From positions 185,086 to 225,085 of the forward strand of contig CAVUUB010000020.1 in NCBI GenBank assembly GCA_963744555.1: DNA of 40,000 bases, written 5' to 3'. The notes under the pieces were generated by a model. That model did no database searches and had not been told where the DNA came from. It saw only the letters and a list, made by a program, of their open reading frames with translations. Source of the stretch: Bryobacterales bacterium. GTDB lineage: Bacteria > Acidobacteriota > Terriglobia > Bryobacterales > Bryobacteraceae. Positions within the stretch are counted from its first letter, which is position 1. Each line of letters starts with the position of its first letter. Of the stretch, positions 28,813-35,800 are shown piece by piece. Made by a program: the position numbers and the translations under genes.

Positions 28813-29064
28813 ATGAATATCATGAAACTCTTCGTGTGTCTTGTGGCAATAGTTTTTATCGCTGCAATCGTGATGTATGCTCTCCGTTCCAAGGGGGATG
28901 TGAAAGCAGCGTTCAAGATTCCATTCGTGGAATTCTCATTGGAGACTAAGGACAAGAATTCGCCCTCCAAACCGACCGAGGCTAACCACAACCTGCTTGG
29001 ATCGCAACAAGATTCATCGGTAGGTATCTCTAGCCCACCTGGGCAGTCAGGTCGGAGACGCTAA
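28813..29064 (+). CDS. Small membrane protein (83 aa), paralog of 20609..20785
   Basis: An N-terminal TM helix (LFVCLVAIVFIAAIVMYAL) is followed by KAAFKIPFVEFSLETKDK. It lies 9 nt downstream of paralog B, the same gene order as the copy at 20.6-21.3 kb. Confidence 0.5.
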   Translation: MNIMKLFVCLVAIVFIAAIVMYALRSKGDVKAAFKIPFVEFSLETKDKNSPSKPTEANHNLLGSQQDSSVGISSPPGQSGRRR

Positions 29065-29215
29065 ACGGGCCGCGTCGGTCGGGGAAGTTCGCTCGTGTAG
29101 GCTGTGGGGACTTTTGTAGGGGAGATAGCCCCCAAAGAACCGACCCAGAATTGCGGTTATTGGCCGGAAACTAGCACTTGGCGTGTAGTTGGTACGCTAG
29201 GCCGCCTATTACGAA

Positions 29216-30754
29216 TCAGTTGCTGCGGCCTGCTGATCCTTCGGAAACGCCGACAAGCTCTGCTAGCTTCTGCCAATGGCGTGCATGAGGGAGATGCTTG
29301 CCTGACCGGATATCAACTGCATATGGCAGCGAGACGCCTAGTGCCAGAGCAATCGCAGAACAACTCAGGTTCTTCAGCAACGGTTGAATCCGAGTGACAT
29401 AAGTTTCTTTATTTAGCCATTCTGGCTGACTGGAGCAATCCCAAGCCTTTCTTGCGGCCATATGTTGCCGCATCGTTTCCGATTGACGCGCGAGGACGTT
29501 TGGACTATGAGCAAGCGCGCGGCCACCCTCCGCCGCTTTCAGCAGTTGCTTCGTCGACAGCTCGACACTGCAGTTTGCGCAATGGCTTCGTCCTGTCGGT
29601 ATCGATTTACCGCAGATGCCACAGACGCTCTCGGATTTTGGCGATGGCTTGGCGGGTGAAGTTGGTAGGCCACCTCTAGCCTCACGCTTTCGGCTCTGAG
29701 TTAATCGTGTTGCTGGAGCTCGCGGCCCAGTGGGCTTCGGTATTGCAGTCCAAAGAAGATGACTAATGCGTTCCGCGAAGGGACCAACTGCACTGCGCCA
29801 AGTTGAAGCCGTTTCTGACAATCGAATGGCAAATGATGCATTCAATCGACACGTGCCATCCCCCTTTTCGTAAAACCATTCTCGCTTCAGCGTTTCCCGT
29901 TGAATCCAATCGAGCACATAAGCGTCCACACGAGGGCGCACAGGCTCCATCAAATCACAGGCCAAGCTATCGCGAGCTTGGGTGTCAAAATGCAGAAACC
30001 CGAGTCCTGGGTCAAGACCTAACGCCGTTGCTGCAAGTCTAGCCTCGGATTCTAGTACGGTGTAAAGGTAGTTCAGCATTGTATTGAGGGGATTTGAAGC
30101 TAGACGAGCTCTACCTGATACCGGCGAATATCGGCTTTCGAAAATACGCCAATGATCAGGCGTCCGGCAGAGATCTTTCACAGGGAATTTGATAGGCAAA
30201 CCATTCCAGGCGGACCAATAAGCAGCGGCTGCCATCGATTCAACGACTCTGATGGATTCCATTGTCTTCGCGCTGACTAGCTCCTTCCGAAATCTTGCGA
30301 TACTATCGCCGACTGCCGAGTTGTTTAGCTCCTGGCGGGCGAGCTGCTCTTGATTTATGAGTTTCTGGCTGATAAGTTCACGAGCAATACCCACGCCCGC
30401 CTCGGACTTATAGGCGAGTGCCTGAGCCCGGCGTAGCCGAGCATCAGAGGATCGAACCGGGCCCGTCGTAGCGAGCACTGAACCATCCCGTTCAAGCATC
30501 ACAAAGGCTGCATCCTGATCGGCCAGCCAGCGAAGAGCGGCGAGGCTTACGTAACCATCGGCACCGATGACAACTAACCGGCGAAGACCATGTCCGACAC
30601 GCGGCAGTCGCGCATATAGGCGATCAGCGCCGATCCCATCCTCCAGAATCAGGTGACCACGATCCACGTGCACTCTTATGCCGTAGCCGAAAAGTGTGAT
30701 GACACCATGCCGTGGTGATGCAGACATTTGAGAACTGTTTGCTTCTTGCGTCAC
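29216..30754 (-). CDS. cas1: Cas1-family integrase (casposase-like, no CRISPR context) with C-terminal zinc-ribbon/HTH-like extension
   Basis: A 512-aa ORF whose GTG start overlaps the upstream stop (GTGA). The N-terminal beta domain is VITLFGYGIRVHVDRGHLILEDG...LVVIGADGYVSLAALRWL. The catalytic domain has the Cas1 signature residues in order: E172 (VVESMAAAAYW), SNPLNTMLNYLY, H255 (GLGFLHFD), and D267/E270 (SLACDLMEPVRPRVD). The C-terminal extension carries CGICGK-x9-HCANC. Confidence 0.85.
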   Translation of the reverse strand: MTQEANSSQMSASPRHGVITLFGYGIRVHVDRGHLILEDGIGADRLYARLPRVGHGLRRLVVIGADGYVSLAALRWLADQDAAFVMLERDGSVLATTGPVRSSDARLRRAQALAYKSEAGVGIARELISQKLINQEQLARQELNNSAVGDSIARFRKELVSAKTMESIRVVESMAAAAYWSAWNGLPIKFPVKDLCRTPDHWRIFESRYSPVSGRARLASNPLNTMLNYLYTVLESEARLAATALGLDPGLGFLHFDTQARDSLACDLMEPVRPRVDAYVLDWIQRETLKREWFYEKGDGTCRLNASFAIRLSETASTWRSAVGPFAERISHLLWTAIPKPTGPRAPATRLTQSRKREARGGLPTSPAKPSPKSESVCGICGKSIPTGRSHCANCSVELSTKQLLKAAEGGRALAHSPNVLARQSETMRQHMAARKAWDCSSQPEWLNKETYVTRIQPLLKNLSCSAIALALGVSLPYAVDIRSGKHLPHARHWQKLAELVGVSEGSAGRSN

Positions 30755-31545
30755 TTGATCTGCCTCCGCCTTCTTCGCTTCACCTTCGCCGCCCGCGATG
30801 CCTCAAAAATCTCTTCTGGCCTAATGGAGCCTACAAGGTTTACCGCTGTCCGCGTTTCAACTCCAAGGACCGCTCCCGCGAGTGCCCGCGACAAGAACCA
30901 AATTTGCTTCAACCGCGTCGATGGTCGCTTGGATCGTGGATACTTAGGATGCGTCCTCGCAGTAATAATTTCAGATGCGTATTCGGTGAGGTAGGAAGGG
31001 AGTAAGCTCCCGAAGGAAATTGGCCAATTCGGGACTTGTACCTCTTTTATGACTTCCGGCGCAATCTCGAAACTCTGCATGACGAATGCATCTTTGCAGA
31101 GTTCGCGCACTTGGTCTGGAGTTTTTGCCTTCAGCAGCTCTTCAAAAATGCCAGGCTCACCTGGAACTCCTAACTGCTTGTCTGCCTTCTCTGCGACTAT
31201 GCACCTCTCGCTCTCGTGCATCATTACAAGCTCATCCGCCTCCCTTCGTTTGAGCCACTCATGTATTTGTGATGATTCCAAATGCCCTTCGCGAACCTTC
31301 TGATCCGCTTCGCTCCTGAGCCGTGCTCGATCGTTGCCACTGAGCTGCTTCTTTTCCAATTCCGCGATGGATTTAGCGAACGTTTTTCGGTCGAACCATA
31401 ACCGGGTGGTGCCTTCGGCGATGTGCCTGAGTTCCCAGTAGAACTGCTCAGCGAACATATAAAGCGTTCCAGCATCGGTTTTTCGTGGCCGTCCAGGTCC
31501 CATAATTAAAGGGCAAAAACTTTTACAGTACCTTGCCTTAACCAA
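30751..31545 (-). CDS. Hypothetical protein translationally coupled to cas1
   Basis: A 264-aa ORF whose stop overlaps the cas1 start by 4 nt. The possible true start is ATG 31503 (MGPGRPRKTD, AT-hook-like). It has a basic C-terminus KVKRRRRRQIK. No family was recognised. Confidence 0.55.
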   Translation of the reverse strand: MVKARYCKSFCPLIMGPGRPRKTDAGTLYMFAEQFYWELRHIAEGTTRLWFDRKTFAKSIAELEKKQLSGNDRARLRSEADQKVREGHLESSQIHEWLKRREADELVMMHESERCIVAEKADKQLGVPGEPGIFEELLKAKTPDQVRELCKDAFVMQSFEIAPEVIKEVQVPNWPISFGSLLPSYLTEYASEIITARTHPKYPRSKRPSTRLKQIWFLSRALAGAVLGVETRTAVNLVGSIRPEEIFEASRAAKVKRRRRRQIK

Positions 31546-31600
31546 TATTATGTAAGATTCTGGAATTGTACTGCAGAGGCAATATTGGAGGTGCTAGGTG
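31541..31600. promoter_or_regulatory. AT-rich divergent control region between the cas1 and polB operons
   Basis: Only about 50-95 bp separate the divergent starts. An inverted 8-mer CCAATATT (31542-31549) / AATATTGG (31581-31588) is present. GGAGGTG (31587-31593) is a Shine-Dalgarno sequence for ATG 31601. Confidence 0.4.
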
Positions 31601-31807
31601 ATGCAGGTAGAAACAATAGCCTTTAATAGACGGGAGACCGCTGACGCGCTTCGTGTCAGTTTACGGACAGTGGATTACTTGCTCGCTCAGGGCAAGCTAC
31701 GAGGTACTCGAATTGGTCGTCGCGTTGTTATCCCGCGAACTGAGGTTGAAGACCTGCTACGCCAGGGCCTGGGTACAGTGCGGGAACGAATGAATCGCGA
31801 GTCGTAA
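31598..31807 (+). CDS. Excisionase-family (MerR-like) helix-turn-helix DNA-binding protein
   Basis: RRETADALRVSLRTVDYLLAQGKLRGTRIGRRVVIPRTEVEDLL is the classic excisionase/HTH_17 pattern. Confidence 0.7.
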   Translation: MMQVETIAFNRRETADALRVSLRTVDYLLAQGKLRGTRIGRRVVIPRTEVEDLLRQGLGTVRERMNRES

Positions 31808-31819
31808 CTTAAGGAAACC

Positions 31820-32317
31820 ATGCCGCGCCGCAATGCCAAACCGCGCACCAAACGCGAGGTAGAAGCCCGCGAAAGGGCGCTCGCAGCCGTCGCGCGAATG
31901 CGTCGTGAAAAGTTATCGCTGAGTGCGGCAGCCAAGGCTGAAGGAACGCATATTCGTACGGTCCGGCGTTACGCTGGCACCGCGCTTGAGCGACCAGGGC
32001 GACGTGGGCTATTTCGGGCAAAGGCGTCCGACCGACTTAGTCGTTCACTAAACTTCCCAACACCTCTTGGGCAACAGGTCGTTGTCGTACGAAGCTCAAG
32101 CACCGCATCGGCAATCGGCGAGTATCTCAACGCTGTTCGAAAATATCTGAACACCGGCGATACATTGCCACTCATGCCATTCCGCAACAAAAGCTTCCGG
32201 TCGGCTGATGGTGTCAGACACGAATTCACAACCGATCCAGGGTTGCTTAACAGGCTTGGAGATGCCGGAATCTTGGAAATCGAAGGACTATACCGCGCGG
32301 TTCACGGGGCGCAATGA
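31820..32317 (+). CDS. Hypothetical protein with N-terminal HTH-like segment
   Basis: A 165-aa ORF. LSLSAAAKAEGTHIRTVRRYAG looks like an HTH. AAGGA lies upstream of the ATG, and the stop overlaps the next start (ATGA). Confidence 0.5.
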   Translation: MPRRNAKPRTKREVEARERALAAVARMRREKLSLSAAAKAEGTHIRTVRRYAGTALERPGRRGLFRAKASDRLSRSLNFPTPLGQQVVVVRSSSTASAIGEYLNAVRKYLNTGDTLPLMPFRNKSFRSADGVRHEFTTDPGLLNRLGDAGILEIEGLYRAVHGAQ

Positions 32318-32724
32318 CCGATAGCGATCCAAATCGTACTGCTCGCCGAGAGATGACACGGCTCTCACGATTCGGCGAAGGTCCGCTTATCTGCTTTTTA
32401 TGCGGTTACACAGACCCGGTTGCGCTGATTCCGGTAACGGCTGGGTGGCTTAAAGCCACCGGTGTTTCGAAGACGCTGTTCCAAGGTGATCATGTCGTAG
32501 GCAGGGCACATGATCCTGACTTTGTTGTCCCCATATGCCGTAACTGTCACGCCGAAGTTACGGAAGACAGGCTCCGCGCAGGCATCAGCATGAGGCCAGC
32601 ACTTGATCAGAACACGCGCGAGGCGCTGCGGCTACAGAGTCTTGCACTGTTTCACGAGAGGGAGGCTGCAGCGTTGCGGCGATGGGCAGCGGAAAAATTA
32701 TCAAACGAGGAATCAAATGACTGA
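32314..32724 (+). CDS. HNH endonuclease-like protein
   Basis: CFLCG ... GDHVVGRAHDPDFVVPICRNCH gives CxxC, the catalytic His (DH), Asn (RN) and CxxCH in HNH order. The stop overlaps the polB start (ATGACTGA). Confidence 0.65.
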   Translation: MTDSDPNRTARREMTRLSRFGEGPLICFLCGYTDPVALIPVTAGWLKATGVSKTLFQGDHVVGRAHDPDFVVPICRNCHAEVTEDRLRAGISMRPALDQNTREALRLQSLALFHEREAAALRRWAAEKLSNEESND

Positions 32725-35700
32725 AAGTACACCTATATTCTTGCGAACACATACAGAGTACAAAAAGAAGAAAAAACGTAGTCGTGGCGCAAAGTTGGCT
32801 AAAAATGTTGTGGACCAAACCGATTTGGAGCAACGAGGAGAGGGGCCGATATGGCCGAAGTACGCCCTGGTCATCGACAGCGAGACGACCACGGATGAGC
32901 GCCAGACGTTAACGTTTGCCTTTTACCGACTGTGTCGGCTTGAGGCAAATAAGGAGTATGCCTGTGTCGAGGAAGGATTAATATATCCGGACGATCTGCG
33001 TCTGAACGATCCAGATGGGATGAAGATCCTTGAGGATTACGCCAGCATGCACACCTCCGAAACAAAACCTGGCAAACCCGTCCAATTGCAATTGAGGAGT
33101 CGATCCAAGGTCATGCAAAAGGTTTTTTGGCCAAATGCCTATGATCCGCCAAGCGGCTTTGGCGCTCTCGTTGTGGGCTTTAATCTCGCCTTTGATTTAA
33201 CCAGGCTTGCCATAGACTGTCGGCCCGCTCGTCGGCTAAAAGAAATGTGGAGTTTTCTGATGTCGCAGGACCGTCATCCGGAGACGGGCCAGTGCCGCGA
33301 GGACCCTTTTCGACCGAGGATCATTATCACGCCCAAAGATAGCAAGGCGGCTTTCATTCGCTTTGCAGGCGTCAACATCCGAAATAAGAAAACTGGTCGA
33401 AAATTTACGCAGTACAAGGAAGGCCGCTTTCTCGACCTACGAACACTAGGCTGGGCCTTGCGGAATGAGTCCTTCAGCTTGCGTTCTGCAGCGAAGGAGT
33501 TCACAGACAAGGAAAAGGATGATCACGACCCAACCGGGAAAATTACTCTAGACGAAATCAACTATTGTCGCAACGACGTGCGAGTTACCGTAGCCATCCT
33601 GAATGGCATGAAGAACGAGTTTGATCTCCATGATATCGATCTCAAGCCTGATCGCGCCCTCTCTCCAGCATCGATCGCCAAATCGTATCTCAAGCAGATG
33701 GGCATAATTCCACCGCTCAAGAAATTCGATCTCTCGCCCGAGGTGCTCGGTGCCGCAATGCAGGCGTATTATGGAGGCCGCGCCGAGTGTCGTATTCGCC
33801 ACACCGATGTCCCAATCGTTTATACGGATTTCTTATCGCAGTACCCCACCGTAAATTCCCTCATGGGCTTGTGGCAGATGCTCACAGCTGAACGTTTGCG
33901 AATGGAGGATGCGACCGACGACGTACGAAAGTTGCTTGCCAATGTGACAACTGAGTCGGTGTTCGATCCGGACTTTTGGAAACAGCTAACGTTCTTTGCG
34001 CTCGTGCAACCAGCAGGCGATATCTTGCCAGTACGCACCGAATACAACGGAGAGACTACCAATATAGGTATCAATCCACTTACATCGAAAAGACCGGTCT
34101 GGTATGCCGGGCCTGATCTTGTCGCTGCTACCCTTCTCAGCCCGACTCATAAGGCTCCCGATATCGTTCGGGCTTTGCGAGTATTGCCGGAAGGCCAACA
34201 GGCGAGCCTACAGCCAGTGACTCTGCGCAGCAGCGTGAACGTCGATCCAAGAAAGGATGACTTCTTCCAGAAAATTATCGAGGCTCGGGCCCGCGTTAAG
34301 AAGGATCAAAGTCTTCCAGAATCTGAGCGAGATGCACTCAGTTACTTTTTGAAAATCCTCGCGAATTCTGGATCGTATGGCCTTTTCGTTGAAATTAATC
34401 CTGAGCGCGTTGGCAAGAATGTTCGAGCGAACGTCAAAGTTTATTCTGGCGAAACCTACTTTGAAACAACGTCACCGATTGTTGAGCCGCCTGGTGTTTG
34501 GTATTGTCCAGTTTTCGCGTCCCTGATTACCGCTGCTGGTCGGTTGCTATTGGCACTGCTTGAACGATCGGTTACGGATAAGGGCGGAAGCCACTTGCTC
34601 TGCGATACTGACTCGCTCGCTGTCGTAGCCTCCGAAGCCGGTGGACTGGTGCCTTGTGTCGGCGGAGCGCATCGTCTCGGCCATGGGCGCGAGGCAGTCA
34701 AGGCCCTGTCATGGTCCGCGGTGCAGGAAATCGTCAACAAATTCGAGAAGCTCAACCCTTATGATCGAGATGCGGTACCGAGTTCGATTCTCAAACTAGA
34801 AGATGTGAACTTTTGCGACGGCGCGCAACGCGAACTCTATGGTTACGCCATCGCGGCAAAGCGCTATGCGCTTTTCAAGCTGGCGACAGACTCCATCCAT
34901 GTTGAAACAGCGAAAGCCCACGGTTTAGGGTTTCTGTTTCCGCCCGATGAGGGATTCGACAAAGAAGCGGATGCGCCGGTTTGGGTTGTTGAGGCCTGGG
35001 ACTGGATTGTACGCGGAGCGCTCGGACTACCTCGGAATGACCCGCCCTGGTTCGATCTACCTGCAATGATGCGGTTCAAAATCACGACCCGTCAAGTTCT
35101 GAAAGTGCTTCAGGATCGTCAAGTGAACTTGCCATACCAAGATCGGGTCAAGCCGTTTAATTTTATTTTGAGCCCGATGATTGATGACTTCGGCGGACTG
35201 CCGATTGGGTGCAAGGCTAATCATTTCACTCTTATCACTCCGTACACGAAGGACGTTTCACGATGGTACGGTCTCAAGTACTTCAACGTCCATGATGATG
35301 AAAAGCAGTATCGCTTAGGCTGCCCCGGAAAACGCCTGCCGTCGCAGGCGGAACCGCAGAGGTTGGAGGATGTCGTGAGCCGATATCGCTGGCACCCGGA
35401 AGCCAAGAGCCTCGCGCCAGATGGGAGTGAATGCGGTCGAAAAACTCAAGGATTGCTCCAGCGCACGCCAGTGACTGCGATCGAACAGCCGCGCTACATC
35501 GGCAAGGAGACAGATCGACGTTGGGAACAGGGCGAAGACATTAGCATGCTTGATCCCAAGCTAGTTGAATATCGTCCGAATGAAACCGCCCGGCTCGTGT
35601 GTGATCCGGAATTGCAGCGCGTTGTGGGAGGCATTTCTATTCGGAAACTGGCCAAAGCTGCAGACGTGACTGAAAATACCGTGAAGGCAGCCAAGCGAGG

Positions 35701-35800
35701 AGACCGGCTGCAAAGATCAACGGTGGAGAAGCTGAGGAAGGGTCTGAATCAATTCTTATCTCCAAGACCGATCAAGGCCGTTCGGAAGAAGGCTCGCTGA
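32717..35800 (+). CDS. polB: Family B DNA polymerase with 3'-5' exonuclease domain and long C-terminal extension ending in an HTH
   Basis: The probable start is ATG 32717 (MTESTPIF...), giving 1027 aa. Motifs in canonical order are Exo I LVIDSETTTD, Exo II VVGFNLAFDLTRL, Exo III INYCRNDVRVT, YxGG (AYYGGRAE), Pol A VYTDFLSQYPT, Pol B KILANSGSYG, Pol C LLCDTDSL and KxY (AAKRYALF). About 300 aa follow KxY, ending in ISIRKLAKAADVTENTVKAAKRG (HTH-like). Confidence 0.9.
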   Translation: MTESTPIFLRTHTEYKKKKKRSRGAKLAKNVVDQTDLEQRGEGPIWPKYALVIDSETTTDERQTLTFAFYRLCRLEANKEYACVEEGLIYPDDLRLNDPDGMKILEDYASMHTSETKPGKPVQLQLRSRSKVMQKVFWPNAYDPPSGFGALVVGFNLAFDLTRLAIDCRPARRLKEMWSFLMSQDRHPETGQCREDPFRPRIIITPKDSKAAFIRFAGVNIRNKKTGRKFTQYKEGRFLDLRTLGWALRNESFSLRSAAKEFTDKEKDDHDPTGKITLDEINYCRNDVRVTVAILNGMKNEFDLHDIDLKPDRALSPASIAKSYLKQMGIIPPLKKFDLSPEVLGAAMQAYYGGRAECRIRHTDVPIVYTDFLSQYPTVNSLMGLWQMLTAERLRMEDATDDVRKLLANVTTESVFDPDFWKQLTFFALVQPAGDILPVRTEYNGETTNIGINPLTSKRPVWYAGPDLVAATLLSPTHKAPDIVRALRVLPEGQQASLQPVTLRSSVNVDPRKDDFFQKIIEARARVKKDQSLPESERDALSYFLKILANSGSYGLFVEINPERVGKNVRANVKVYSGETYFETTSPIVEPPGVWYCPVFASLITAAGRLLLALLERSVTDKGGSHLLCDTDSLAVVASEAGGLVPCVGGAHRLGHGREAVKALSWSAVQEIVNKFEKLNPYDRDAVPSSILKLEDVNFCDGAQRELYGYAIAAKRYALFKLATDSIHVETAKAHGLGFLFPPDEGFDKEADAPVWVVEAWDWIVRGALGLPRNDPPWFDLPAMMRFKITTRQVLKVLQDRQVNLPYQDRVKPFNFILSPMIDDFGGLPIGCKANHFTLITPYTKDVSRWYGLKYFNVHDDEKQYRLGCPGKRLPSQAEPQRLEDVVSRYRWHPEAKSLAPDGSECGRKTQGLLQRTPVTAIEQPRYIGKETDRRWEQGEDISMLDPKLVEYRPNETARLVCDPELQRVVGGISIRKLAKAADVTENTVKAAKRGDRLQRSTVEKLRKGLNQFLSPRPIKAVRKKAR

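Larger units (their letters stand above)
19792..35800. mobile_element. Putative integrated casposon-like genomic island (boundaries approximate, termini not identified)
   Basis: The composition changes to visibly AT-richer sequence and short hypothetical genes directly after the VOC gene. Internal duplicated modules and decayed genes are present. The only integrase-type gene is Cas1, paired with polB at the right end. The right edge is set at the polB stop, which overlaps a host-like regulator gene. Confidence 0.45.

Noticed and set aside
29064-29216. Terminal inverted repeat pairing the region downstream of cas1 with the region downstream of polB (35801-35960)
   Set aside because: Comparison by eye of 29064-29216 with the reverse complement of 35740-35960 showed no extended match.
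29216-35800. Cas1 as part of a CRISPR adaptation module
   Set aside because: No Cas2, Cas4 or effector genes and no repeat-spacer array were seen on either strand anywhere in the window. The neighbours are PolB, HNH and HTH genes instead.
32717-35800. Primer-independent PolB of a pipolin
   Set aside because: The KxY motif is canonical (AAKRYALF) rather than the altered KTRG-type motif described for piPolBs. No tyrosine recombinase or tRNA target is present. This still needs phylogeny to settle.
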